In this document: positions 37,754 to 47,214 of the stretch, one piece after another
How positions within the stretch are numbered: position 1 is the first letter of the stretch
How the letters are laid out: each line of letters starts with the position of its first letter
The notes under the pieces: generated by a model
The model's database searches: none
Told to the model about the DNA's origin: nothing
What the model saw: only the letters and a program-made list of their open reading frames with translations
Program-made: the position numbers and the translations under genes
DNA from: a virus
DNA length: 64,000 bases
Strand: one strand, 5' to 3'
Virus record (IMG/VR): IMGVR_UViG_3300035099_000047
Coordinates: 1 to 64,000 of that record

Positions 37754-38568
37754 AACTCAATTTGGCTCTCCCGTACATCCACACCCACGCTGTTCCTACC
37801 CCACCATTGGGCCACTTCACACGTAGTGCCCGAACCAACAAAAGGGTCCAAGACCCATCCTCCCGGAGGGCAACAACTCAAAATAAAAATCTCTGGCAAC
37901 CCTTCCGGGAAGGGGGCTTCGTTTTCATGAGCCAACTGATCCCCAATGTTACCACCTCCTACCACAAAGTGAAATACATTGCCCGGATTGGCCTTTTCCG
38001 GCGTTGTACGGCAGTTACGTTCCGGCTGCCTACGATGGGTAACCCGAGTGCCATCCTTGTTACGATTGCTCATCGCACCCCCAGTTCCATATTTAGGCTC
38101 GTGTCCACAAGCAGTGTTATCTGACCAGGGCAATTTACCAGGCCGCTTGAGGCATATAATGTACTCCCAATCCGCTCGAAACCAATCGTCCCCGCCACTG
38201 CCGGGAATGCCTACTCTATAATACACACATGGCCGATACATATGACAATCACCACCAGTCTGAAACCATTTAACCATCAAGGCTTCAGCCACTGGATAGT
38301 AATTGCGGTCCCTAGTAGGACAACCCATCACCCAAATCACCGGACCCTTGCAAATACGGGCGGCCTCAGTACTGACCTCCAACATATGGTCCACATATGT
38401 TTCAAAATCATCCCACCACTGCCATTCCTTCGACATCCCGTAGGTGCGAGCAAACAAATATGGCGGACTCCCGAACACCAAATCGAATCGATCGGCTGGT
38501 TGGGCTCTCATCCAAGTCAAGTTATCAGCACAAACCAGCTCGACCTTGATCACAACACAAATCTCCAC
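37717..38568 (-). CDS. DNA methyltransferase, beta class (probably N4-cytosine)
   Basis: SPPY catalytic motif precedes SAM motif VLDPFVGSGTT. Confidence 0.88.
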   Translation of the reverse strand: MEICVVIKVELVCADNLTWMRAQPADRFDLVFGSPPYLFARTYGMSKEWQWWDDFETYVDHMLEVSTEAARICKGPVIWVMGCPTRDRNYYPVAEALMVKWFQTGGDCHMYRPCVYYRVGIPGSGGDDWFRADWEYIICLKRPGKLPWSDNTACGHEPKYGTGGAMSNRNKDGTRVTHRRQPERNCRTTPEKANPGNVFHFVVGGGNIGDQLAHENEAPFPEGLPEIFILSCCPPGGWVLDPFVGSGTTCEVAQWWGRNSVGVDVRESQIELCRKRLRWGLKV

Positions 38569-39524
38569 GATCTACGTTTATCCAACCCTAGCTTTTGCTT
38601 GAACACATCTATTGTGTCTCCACAAATTATCCTACTCACCCCCAACCCACCAATCCATTCCAATGTCTTGGCAAAACCAAACACAGCAAAGCTATTATCT
38701 CCCAACTGGTGCTTATTAACCGTGATTTGTGCCTTGTCTCCCTTGACCTCAAATCCCACTGTGGCCCAAAGTACCCCATCACTTTTACGTCGGAACGACA
38801 AGAATTGGATATTCCCCACACCAGCGAAATACATGTCCAAATAAGCCAAATAATGACCCTTAAACAACATGAAATGACGATCCTTAGCATCTTCCGTCCA
38901 GGTGTCCCACAATTCTCTCACCTCTTCCTTTGAAAACTCACCTAAACCAACCTCGTACCGTTCTTGAGACAACCTGTAGTCCCGACGCATAACGTAACGA
39001 TGTTTGCCACTGTGGTGTGCTATCCTGTCCTCTAACACAAAAGGCGTGTCCACATAGTATTCATAATCACCTAATGGTTGTCCTTGCGGCCTCTCCCTAA
39101 ATGCAAAAGTCAATGATTTGACTTTACCTTTTATCCCTTGCAACGTTTGCAAGGCTTCCTCTGCACTACCACGAAACGTAATCAATTTGTAGTGGTCTCC
39201 ACGCCTTCGCAACAAGCAATTATCCACAAAACGGGCTTCACTGTTGTTCAAACTCAAACAAAAAGCAGCAGCAGAAGCTGGAAAATCAAAATAATCCAGT
39301 GGAACTTCACCTGCCAACCACTCACTAACCTTACCATAGGTTTCTTCCAACAAACCACCACCAATATCAAAATCAAAACCTTCCAACACGGCTATCCACC
39401 CCAAAACCTTAAAAATCAAATCCTTCCATCTCTCCAACCTGCTCCACCTCAATAGGTATTGGCTCCAAAAACTGAATATCAGTAGGGTCTCCATGGCCCA
39501 ATAGCACCACCGAAGCAAAGCCAA
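38550..39524 (-). CDS. Second DUF2156/GNAT-like protein (start probably internal)
   Basis: DYEYYVD...RYVMRRDY...WDTW...FKQKLG pattern parallels 32584..33396. Confidence 0.5.
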   Translation of the reverse strand: MALLRWCYWAMETLLIFSFWSQYLLRWSRLERWKDLIFKVLGWIAVLEGFDFDIGGGLLEETYGKVSEWLAGEVPLDYFDFPASAAAFCLSLNNSEARFVDNCLLRRRGDHYKLITFRGSAEEALQTLQGIKGKVKSLTFAFRERPQGQPLGDYEYYVDTPFVLEDRIAHHSGKHRYVMRRDYRLSQERYEVGLGEFSKEEVRELWDTWTEDAKDRHFMLFKGHYLAYLDMYFAGVGNIQFLSFRRKSDGVLWATVGFEVKGDKAQITVNKHQLGDNSFAVFGFAKTLEWIGGLGVSRIICGDTIDVFKQKLGLDKRRSWRFVL

Positions 39525-40116
39525 ACATACCCACCATTTCCACTCTCAAGTTCACTCTAGCCAATCCCTTGCTGAGCAACCAATAGTATTCCTCCACAGA
39601 CTGCACCCCATAGCTTTTACTCAAAGTACCAAACTTGAAAGCAAAACAAGCAGTATCCGTAACCATCAATCTATGACAAGCCTTACCAAACCTGCCCAAC
39701 ACCTCCCACCAATTCTCCAACTTACGATAGGTAAAATTATCACAGTCCATGAAGCACAGATCACAATCTGGAGGGTCCCAATTCCTAACATCAAAATTAG
39801 TGATTTCAGAGCAATACCCCCAATTGTCCTTTAGTATACTACAACAGTCTTCACTAAAGTCATTTAGATACATTTTGTCTATATCAAAACAACTGCTGGC
39901 CACAGCGGCACTAAAACCACAACCAGCCATAGCATCCAGGTAACACTGCAAATGTTTATCCGGTATAGAGCAATAAACCGCAGCAATTGCTCCGTACTTG
40001 TTTTTTATGTCCTTCCAGTGCCTTCCAACAAACTCACCCGGGGGCAAAAGCGCCCCATCTGCCCTCCGAACCATATCAGGCAACTTCAAACTCTTCCCCA
40101 TCACATGATAAATCAC
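39409..40116 (-). CDS. SAM-dependent methyltransferase-fold protein
   Basis: LDAMAGCG, LNDFSEDC, DLCFMDCDNFT. Confidence 0.65.
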   Translation of the reverse strand: MIYHVMGKSLKLPDMVRRADGALLPPGEFVGRHWKDIKNKYGAIAAVYCSIPDKHLQCYLDAMAGCGFSAAVASSCFDIDKMYLNDFSEDCCSILKDNWGYCSEITNFDVRNWDPPDCDLCFMDCDNFTYRKLENWWEVLGRFGKACHRLMVTDTACFAFKFGTLSKSYGVQSVEEYYWLLSKGLARVNLRVEMVGMFGFASVVLLGHGDPTDIQFLEPIPIEVEQVGEMEGFDF

Positions 40117-41171
40117 AGCCCAGCATCCTTTAATGTAAAAAACTCACAACCATCTTCGCCCATCACTATTTGTTTGCCCTTATCATAGTCCCCTACACCT
40201 TCCCAGGTTCCTTCTAACACTTCCACTTTACTCCTACCCTGTTGGATACGGTGCACCCACCAATGAGTGTTAAACTTACTAGGATTAGGCACTGTTACGC
40301 CACAGCAGGTATTGCTCCGCTGCCGCCAACCCGGTTCCACATTAACAAAATCAGGACAACCCAGCACCATACCTTCCTCATCAGCTATTCTACACAATTC
40401 ACGCTGTATAGGTCTCCAATGTTTGTCTTGATTCATCTCCCAAATCCGCTCTATGTCCAACCCAATCTCAACAAACCGTTTAGCCACATGGTCATTCATG
40501 TGTAAATTGTAAGTGTTGTAGCTATGAACCCCAACAGATTTCAACCGTTTCAGCATATCACGGAACTGCTCAACCGTGTGATAGCCAGGTATGAATGGCT
40601 CACCATTAACTCCCACCTTGAATCCCCGTTTGACCCACTGAGCCATCAACTTGAACCGTTCCGGAACAGGTGTGGTCCGCCCTCGCTCTAACACCTCCCA
40701 ATCGCTCTCAGCTCCAGGACTGATGATGGGCATAATGGTCAACCCACCTAGCTTGTCCGCCTGCGCTAGCAAACCCTCTTCCATGTACAGTAACCCAAGA
40801 AACCGGGTTTGGATCACGTAGGACCACTCTAGTTGGATTAAGTGTTGCTGTATTCGATGAGACACCCGGTGTTCCGACTCAGCTAACTGATAAGGATCAG
40901 CCTTGTTGCCCAACCGAATAGTTTTTTTACGCTTGAGGGCCCAAGCCAAGCTGCTCTTGGGATTGGGGTTTTTCAAACCTCGCTCAAGCTGTCGGCGCAC
41001 CTCGTCTGGATCGGCCGGGCGGAGATCTTGACCCCAAGTGCGGTTCAGACGCCGCATATAGCAATGGTGACAGTCGGTCAAGCAATTCCAATAGGAATCA
41101 ATGGAAAGAGGCAAGGGGCAATACAGACAGTCCCCTCGGATGCCAACTGCCGATTGGTAATGTCCGGGCAT
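40113..41171 (-). CDS. Radical SAM enzyme (SPL-like), paralog of 34818..36335
   Basis: CPLPLSIDSYWNCLTDCHHCY, RLGNKADPYQ, EPFIPG. Confidence 0.85.
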   Translation of the reverse strand: MPGHYQSAVGIRGDCLYCPLPLSIDSYWNCLTDCHHCYMRRLNRTWGQDLRPADPDEVRRQLERGLKNPNPKSSLAWALKRKKTIRLGNKADPYQLAESEHRVSHRIQQHLIQLEWSYVIQTRFLGLLYMEEGLLAQADKLGGLTIMPIISPGAESDWEVLERGRTTPVPERFKLMAQWVKRGFKVGVNGEPFIPGYHTVEQFRDMLKRLKSVGVHSYNTYNLHMNDHVAKRFVEIGLDIERIWEMNQDKHWRPIQRELCRIADEEGMVLGCPDFVNVEPGWRQRSNTCCGVTVPNPSKFNTHWWVHRIQQGRSKVEVLEGTWEGVGDYDKGKQIVMGEDGCEFFTLKDAGL

Positions 41172-41238
41172 CTTGCTCTGACCCTAAAATAGGATCACTT
41201 CCACCATCGAGGCACCTTAACCCCTTCCTACAAAAATC

Positions 41239-41288
41239 AAAAAAGGCGGGGGAACGCAGAGTTTCAACTCAACACGCTCAACCCCGCC
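41239..41288 (-). terminator. Intrinsic terminator
   Basis: GGCGGGG...CCCCGCC stem followed by TTTTTT on the minus strand. Confidence 0.65.
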
Positions 41289-41289
41289 C

Positions 41290-41490
41290 CGGGGTTTGGT
41301 CCCACCGGGACTGGTAGATCTCATTCAGAAAGAGCTACCAGTCCCATCTTCTTCTGATTCCTGCTTCAACAACCATTGCCTGACTAGTCAGGTCTTACAC
41401 AGTTTCCACAGGCGTTTGCTTGCCTAGGGCAAGCCTGTTCCAGTGGAACTCACCGTACAGCAAAGTCGATCCCCACCAATCCCAACGGAG
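41290..41490 (-). ncRNA. Candidate structured non-coding RNA / 3' UTR
   Basis: Several perfect stems: GGGACTGGTAG/CTACCAGTCCC, CCTGACTAGTCAGG, GCTTGCC/GGCAAGC. Confidence 0.35.
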
Positions 41491-41492
41491 GC

Positions 41493-42074
41493 TCAATTGG
41501 TGACAGGCGTGACCTTGTCTCCATCCACGGTCAGGGCCCCAAACATCTGTCCAGCCATGGTGGACCACTTGGCTACAACGTAGGACTCTCTGGAGTTGCT
41601 CTTACCACCAGCAGCCACGTAATGCTTATCGATAGCTTCCGTCAGCTGTGCAATGGTGGAAGGACCCTTCAGTGCCACAACCACCTCCAAACCGGCCTTC
41701 ACCCGGCTGAGCTTAGATTGCTTGGGGGGCTTGGGGGCCTTGGCTGTCCCTCGTGGCCTTCCCCGCTTTTTCTCAACCACAGGGGCCGCAGGCTCAGTCG
41801 CCTCAGCAACACCTTCATCACCATTGGCTTCCACCACAGGCTTAGCCTCTTTAACCACCTCAACTTCGCCCTTGGTGCGGATCAACGTCTGAAGCGTTTC
41901 CAACTGCTCATCGGTCAGCTCCGCATCCTCCGGCTTCACCTGTTCAGCAATCTTGGCAACCTGCTCCATGGTCTTTTCCCGGCTCCAAGAACCCGCGTTC
42001 TTGTACCCGAGTGCCACACACAAACTCACAACATCCGACCTTAACAACTGAGTCATCTCCGGTCTCCCTATCAA
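41493..42074 (-). CDS. DNA-binding protein with AT-hook (nucleoid-like)
   Basis: KKRGRPRG AT-hook, Lys/Pro linker, winged-helix-like C-terminus. Confidence 0.6.
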   Translation of the reverse strand: MIGRPEMTQLLRSDVVSLCVALGYKNAGSWSREKTMEQVAKIAEQVKPEDAELTDEQLETLQTLIRTKGEVEVVKEAKPVVEANGDEGVAEATEPAAPVVEKKRGRPRGTAKAPKPPKQSKLSRVKAGLEVVVALKGPSTIAQLTEAIDKHYVAAGGKSNSRESYVVAKWSTMAGQMFGALTVDGDKVTPVTN

Positions 42075-42221
42075 CTAGAAATCGAACCTTTTGTTCAACC
42101 CACCTTGGGTCTCATCATTATCTATTATACACAGAGTTGAGTACAAACACACAGGATTCCAATAAAATTTTCAAAAATAGTTGCTACTCTTGAGTCCCCA
42201 ACTGGTTAGAACTTCAGTTCT

Positions 42222-43661
42222 TCATTTCACTGACAAAATCACAGGACAAGCAATGTCCAAGCAACCAGCTATCAGTACCTCTTGCCTCTCCGTACTATGA
42301 GCAAACCGACGATCCAGCAAATTGACGTGGATAATATCCTTTTCCTTCTCCTCCTCGCTGCTGTATAGCCCCAACATAGCTGTTACATGATCGTGTACCC
42401 TGCGATCATTGTTAAAATTGCGTTTACGCAATTGCATCCCGCTGTAACTCTCTGCATCCGCCTGAGTAGCAGTCACCACACAACAGTTGAAATCCTGACT
42501 CAAGCGGCGCAAATCCATCCAGTTGCGATTGATTTTGTCCCGTCGATCCTCCCTGCCATGGGGCAAAGCCAAAATGTCAGCATAATCTACCAACAACACA
42601 TCCACGTGCCATCCCTCACGGCCCCAACCTTGCAATTTAGATCTGATTTCAGCTACAGCCAAGCTACCAGCGCTATAACAACTCAAACGAAACAGATCTT
42701 TACCTCGACTAATCTTGCGCCAAGCCCGGAATGCTTCCACCCCACTAATACCCTCCAACCGCCTTTCTTCAACAACCGGGGGCAGCCTTTTGTCTTTGAA
42801 CTCTACAGGATACAAAACTGTCTTGGTCTTCAATGGTCGCCTCAACACCCGCTGACCCAGCCGCATCAGCACTTCGTATTTGGTATGATCCCCAGCATCA
42901 AAGTAAGCCAAGTTGCACCGAGCTTTGACAACCCGATAGGCTAGGTCTTGAATGAAAAAGCTCTTCCCCCGTTTAGAGCTTGCTATTAGCACCACCAACG
43001 CATCCCTGCGGAACTCGTTACCTATAAACCTGCCCAGCACCCCAGGGTAAGTAACCAACGGCCGCATGTGATCTTGATCATCAATTGCTTCCATCCACAC
43101 ATCCAAATCCTCAGTCACCTTAATCGTATCATCCCCATCCAAGTTCACAGGCCCCAGAGCACTCAACCGACCCTGAGCCCCGTAGGCGTCATTGCGGTCC
43201 TCGAGGTCAACCTGAGCCTCTTCTATTGCTTTCTTGACTTTAACTCTGGTAAGCAACGTACTACCCAAATCCAGAGCGTAGTCGGTACGATAGTGTTCCT
43301 GATTGTTTAGCCACTCATCGTTCAAACTAGTCAGCAACCGTTCCACCAACTTAACACTGTCTTCACTCCGACCAACAGCCCAATCCTCATACATACCCCG
43401 TATAGCCGGACCCGGGCTGGTGCCATACTTGCGCATGTAATCTATGCACCAACCGGCTACCATGTTTTCTTCATTGGTGCTAAACAAGTCCCCACCATTC
43501 CATATACCAGCTACTCTGGCGCAGACCACAGGGTCCATGATCATGGAACCCAGAAATCGCCGGGCATCCTTGCCTTCGTAACGAACCGATTTCATTAGTT
43601 CACACCCCAGCCTCGGCCATACAATTGTATACCGGATTGATGAAACCAGCCGGCAACCCAA
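42222..43661 (-). CDS. DnaB-like replicative helicase (start probably MKSVRY)
   Basis: Walker A ASSKRGKS, LLVDYADIL, VVTATQ. Confidence 0.85.
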   Translation of the reverse strand: MGCRLVSSIRYTIVWPRLGCELMKSVRYEGKDARRFLGSMIMDPVVCARVAGIWNGGDLFSTNEENMVAGWCIDYMRKYGTSPGPAIRGMYEDWAVGRSEDSVKLVERLLTSLNDEWLNNQEHYRTDYALDLGSTLLTRVKVKKAIEEAQVDLEDRNDAYGAQGRLSALGPVNLDGDDTIKVTEDLDVWMEAIDDQDHMRPLVTYPGVLGRFIGNEFRRDALVVLIASSKRGKSFFIQDLAYRVVKARCNLAYFDAGDHTKYEVLMRLGQRVLRRPLKTKTVLYPVEFKDKRLPPVVEERRLEGISGVEAFRAWRKISRGKDLFRLSCYSAGSLAVAEIRSKLQGWGREGWHVDVLLVDYADILALPHGREDRRDKINRNWMDLRRLSQDFNCCVVTATQADAESYSGMQLRKRNFNNDRRVHDHVTAMLGLYSSEEEKEKDIIHVNLLDRRFAHSTERQEVLIAGCLDIACPVILSVK

Positions 43662-44832
43662 ACTCCTGCAACACCACGTCTAACTCCTCTTGAGTGGGCC
43701 TGCGTCGAGGGTTTTCAAATGATGCTGGATTGTATCGCTTTTGCCAAGTGTAGCAAATGGCTTTATACAACTTGTCCTCCGGACAGCCCGCATCCACCTT
43801 GTAACGATAGTATTGGGAATCTTGAGCAAGGAGCTTGAACCGCTTAGTGTCTATTGTACCGAACCCGGTCAAAGTCATGTGGCCATTGGTACCTTCTCGT
43901 TGATCCAATTCCCACAATCCCATATCTCTTTGATACTTGCCCCAGTAAGTACACATATCAGTTAATGCCCACAGCCGACGTATGTACTGCCACCAATAGG
44001 CTTTTTTGTACCACTTGATAAACTTCCAAACATCCTCGTTTGTAGCATTTCTTTCCTTCTTTACTCTATCAATTTCTCTCATGCAACCCTCTCTTGTAAC
44101 CGCTCTCCTTTTGGGTCCTGCATGGACTAAATCATCATCTTCATCAACTAACACTCCAAACAGGTAAGCTCCCTGTTCCCTTGTTTCTTGGTCATATTCG
44201 GATCCGCTGGGTTTTCCATGAGGACATTCCTTCATTTTGTGTGTGCGACATTTTTCGTTAGAAAAATGTCCCGCCTTTTTCCTAGTTGCCTTACTCTTAA
44301 TATAGGAGTTGGGGGTTTGACTAGGATCCAATACCGCAGTTTCACGGTAATTGGAGTCATGATTTTCTGGTTCCAAATACCGTGGTTCCCCAGTAGATGG
44401 AGTTCCTTGGTCACTAGTGTTTTGCACTTCTAAATACCCATTATCCAAAAGCCACAAGGTCACTACCCTGTGTATCCATTTAGCATTGATGCGAATGTGT
44501 CGCCTTGGAGGGCAACCGAACCTTGCTACTTCTATAGGAGCTCCATCTGCCTCCGATAGTTGCTTCAGTAGTCGGGCTTGTACCTCGTAGGATAGACCTA
44601 GTTCCTTTTGCATTTCCTCCACTGTGTAGAAAAACCAACCCCTATTCCACTTGTATCCCTTACTCTTCATAACCCTAGCGTGAAAACGCACTAGGGCATG
44701 AAGAAAACAAGCTTTTTCCAACCCTAGTTTTAGCACAATAGCTTGATGTACAGTGAAATGGCCTTTGCTAATCAGATCCCTCTTCATCAACTTCTTGAAT
44801 CCTTCCATCGTGAAATCTGCTGTTACTTTCAT
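43600..44832 (-). CDS. Phage replication initiator-like protein (N-terminal winged helix)
   Basis: GWFFYTVEEMQKELGLS...GCPPRRHIRIN, low-complexity linker, upstream of helicase. Confidence 0.65.
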   Translation of the reverse strand: MKVTADFTMEGFKKLMKRDLISKGHFTVHQAIVLKLGLEKACFLHALVRFHARVMKSKGYKWNRGWFFYTVEEMQKELGLSYEVQARLLKQLSEADGAPIEVARFGCPPRRHIRINAKWIHRVVTLWLLDNGYLEVQNTSDQGTPSTGEPRYLEPENHDSNYRETAVLDPSQTPNSYIKSKATRKKAGHFSNEKCRTHKMKECPHGKPSGSEYDQETREQGAYLFGVLVDEDDDLVHAGPKRRAVTREGCMREIDRVKKERNATNEDVWKFIKWYKKAYWWQYIRRLWALTDMCTYWGKYQRDMGLWELDQREGTNGHMTLTGFGTIDTKRFKLLAQDSQYYRYKVDAGCPEDKLYKAICYTWQKRYNPASFENPRRRPTQEELDVVLQEFGLPAGFINPVYNCMAEAGV

Positions 44833-45271
44833 GTTCGTTCTCTCCCTCTTTGGGGTTGACTGATTTCATTTGATCAACGGCCCATTTAGCAATCATTTCG
44901 TTGACCGATTCCCACTTTATCCGTATATGTCTTTTTGCAGGCAATCCCATCCTTTTAGTTTCTATTACACCCTCCGCCATGAGCCTATTCAGTAATCTAG
45001 TTTGAGCCTCTACAGGTATTTCTAAACCTCGTTCTATCAAACTGGATGGACAACAGAACCACCCCCCTACCCGCATAGCTATTGGCAACTCACTGCAGTA
45101 ATCAATCAGGTAGTGCAGTAATCCAGCGGCCTCCAATCCCAAACGAGAAGCAGTACCTCGATGAACTCGGATGTAGTCGTCTAGTGATAGAGCGCTAAGC
45201 ATAAACGCTTGTTCTGTACAATTGTCATAGTCCATGTTCATTTTCCTATGTTGTGGTTTACAACTTCTCAC
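44768..45271 (-). CDS. Stand-alone paralog of the initiator winged-helix domain
   Basis: LGLEAAGLLH...GWF...QTRLLNRL...GLPAKRHIRI aligns with the N-terminus of 43600..44832. Confidence 0.65.
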   Translation of the reverse strand: MRSCKPQHRKMNMDYDNCTEQAFMLSALSLDDYIRVHRGTASRLGLEAAGLLHYLIDYCSELPIAMRVGGWFCCPSSLIERGLEIPVEAQTRLLNRLMAEGVIETKRMGLPAKRHIRIKWESVNEMIAKWAVDQMKSVNPKEGENEHESNSRFHDGRIQEVDEEGSD

Positions 45272-45303
45272 TCCAGGCCAGTCTGTGTTTAGGTCTGGAT
45301 GAA

Positions 45304-45672
45304 TTAGAAAGGGGTGTAGTGTTTTTCATCGTGTTCTTCCGGCGTCAGCGCAAGCAGATTTCCTGGTCGGTTGTTGGTATTATTGCTATCTTTGTGATGG
45401 ATGTCATGGTTTTCTGGTACAACTCGTCGATGATAATTCATCCATACCAGACGGGACAGGCTTATGGCAGCTACGGTTCGATGACCCCCACATCTCAATT
45501 CAGCTTGAATGAATAACCTATTTTCCCCGTCAACTTTTGGGGACAGTTTGACATACTTACGACGGGAATTGTGGAACTTCCATACCGATCCATCCCGGTT
45601 GACTAGCAGCCTAGCGCTCCGCAGTAGATCAAAGAAAAATTGGTCATTCTTGGCTTTGTTGTCCCGAGGCAT
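45304..45672 (-). CDS. HNH endonuclease
   Basis: SRLVW...DIHHKDSNNTNNRPGNL...EH. Confidence 0.85.
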   Translation of the reverse strand: MPRDNKAKNDQFFFDLLRSARLLVNRDGSVWKFHNSRRKYVKLSPKVDGENRLFIQAELRCGGHRTVAAISLSRLVWMNYHRRVVPENHDIHHKDSNNTNNRPGNLLALTPEEHDEKHYTPF

Positions 45673-45705
45673 GTTGGCAGCGCTAGCGTAACATCATCTC
45701 AGTGG

Positions 45706-45754
45706 AAAAAAGTAGAGCCCGTCCGACCCTTGCGGGTTAGCTCCGGACGGGCTC
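45706..45754 (-). terminator. Intrinsic terminator / attenuator hairpin
   Basis: GAGCCCGTCCG...CGGACGGGCTC followed by TACTTTTTT. Confidence 0.7.
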
Positions 45755-45809
45755 AAATACGGCTCGATGGGATCGCGGTGGACGGGACCTTACCGCATGC
45801 CGTGTTTCT

Positions 45810-45838
45810 ATTATATTAGGTTGATACATACGGGTCAA
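45810..45838 (-). promoter_or_regulatory. Sigma70 promoter TTGACC-17-TATAAT
   Basis: Near-consensus hexamers with 17-bp spacer. Confidence 0.75.
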
Positions 45839-46009
45839 GGCCCCGCCAATAAATAACCCACCGAACCACTGGGAGCTAACCAGGGTGGCCAACCATCTGC
45901 ACCTCCGTCACGAGGGACCTTATGTCCATCAGCCTCAAGGCTATAGCCTTAAACGTTTTAGCCTAACTATTATACCACTTGATTGGCGCGGATTTTTAGA
46001 ATCCCAAGG

Positions 46010-46480
46010 TCATTTGGAAGCTTTGACAAATCTACCCCGCTCTCGGGGCTGCTGTTTAGCAGCTTCACTCCACTCCTTGCGGGATCGATCGTCCCAGGGC
46101 AACCCGTTGACATACCTCCAGGGCAATTCGGCCCCCTTGGGAATTAACTGCTCCGTTGCTGGTTCCAGGTCCTGCTCCAACACCTCTACGGGTTGGTTAG
46201 TAACACCCCGAGTCACCAACCAAACCAGCACTGAACTATCAACAGCCAGGTAGGGAGGATCAGATCCACCGTCCGGGTAGCAGGCGTCGTTTGGGTAGCA
46301 GGCGTGAACGTAACGCCCTAAAAACCGCTTGCGGGCTCCCACCACCACACCAACAAAAGGGGTGGTGGTTGTTTCACGGTGGACCCGCTTGTGCTGATCC
46401 TCGTCATAATGGACACTGCAGGTTGCCTTGACCAAAACCCATTGACCAACGTGGAACCGGGGTTTACCTTTTTTGCTCAT
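46010..46480 (-). CDS. Hypothetical protein
   Basis: ORF on coding strand. Confidence 0.6.
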   Translation of the reverse strand: MSKKGKPRFHVGQWVLVKATCSVHYDEDQHKRVHRETTTTPFVGVVVGARKRFLGRYVHACYPNDACYPDGGSDPPYLAVDSSVLVWLVTRGVTNQPVEVLEQDLEPATEQLIPKGAELPWRYVNGLPWDDRSRKEWSEAAKQQPRERGRFVKASK

Positions 46481-46763
46481 TCAATTGTTTCCTCAGTTTT
46501 TCGATATCTTTGATAGTCTGATCCGGCCAGCTACCTGTAGGCCAGACCTTTTCATTGACCTTCATCGCCTCAACTATCAATCCGATAAATCCTTTTTGGA
46601 TCTCAACCTCAGACTTCAGCTCATTTATCTCGTTTTGAGCCTGCCTCAGTTCAGTTTTCAAACGTCTAACCTGAAAAGCAGGATCAACAACAATCATTGC
46701 CATCAGAACCACTCCTGCAATAAAAGTAAGTACCAACAAAACTCGCAGTGAAAGAGTCAACAT
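46464..46763 (-). CDS. Membrane-anchored coiled-coil protein
   Basis: N-terminal TM helix followed by heptads. Confidence 0.6.
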   Translation of the reverse strand: MLTLSLRVLLVLTFIAGVVLMAMIVVDPAFQVRRLKTELRQAQNEINELKSEVEIQKGFIGLIVEAMKVNEKVWPTGSWPDQTIKDIEKLRKQLNEQKR

Positions 46764-46960
46764 GGTTTTTGTCCCTCCAATTTCTCATTGTTCTCAATGT
46801 GGATCACAAACCGTTGACCCCTGACCACCATGAACCGAATGGAGTGATACTGATTGCTTTCGTCCTCCACAACTACTTCAAGATGTTTATCGCAAGGTTG
46901 CAGGTATTTGAGGAACTTGCCAATAGTCATTGTATTCCTCCTATTGGGGACCTTATGCAA
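46757..46960 (-). CDS. Hypothetical protein
   Basis: ORF on coding strand. Confidence 0.45.
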   Translation of the reverse strand: MHKVPNRRNTMTIGKFLKYLQPCDKHLEVVVEDESNQYHSIRFMVVRGQRFVIHIENNEKLEGQKPC

Positions 46961-47214
46961 TTTCCTACCAATAGTAGGTCCCCTTTTTATCCAAATTTCA
47001 ACTTCTTTTGCTGTATTTTACCACAGATAGTGCATCGGCGCTCTTGCCAAATCACTGTTCTAGTTAAAGGTTTCCCAATAGTCACTCCCCCTCGATGATG
47101 TTGGATGCCCCCCAATCTGCCACCTTTTTCTCCCACTGAGTAAATTCCTCACACACATGGACACCCATCAAACGGCCATATAATCGTTTCAATTGTTTCC
47201 ACATTTCCAACCCC

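Noticed and set aside
37717-38568. Complete restriction-modification system
   Set aside because: No cognate restriction endonuclease is recognisable nearby; treated as an orphan or cluster methyltransferase.
45700-45710. Match of the IS605 TnpB guide start (AGTGGAAAAA) near the HNH gene
   Set aside because: Only about 10 nt match and the inferred TGAC TAM is absent; compatible with chance.
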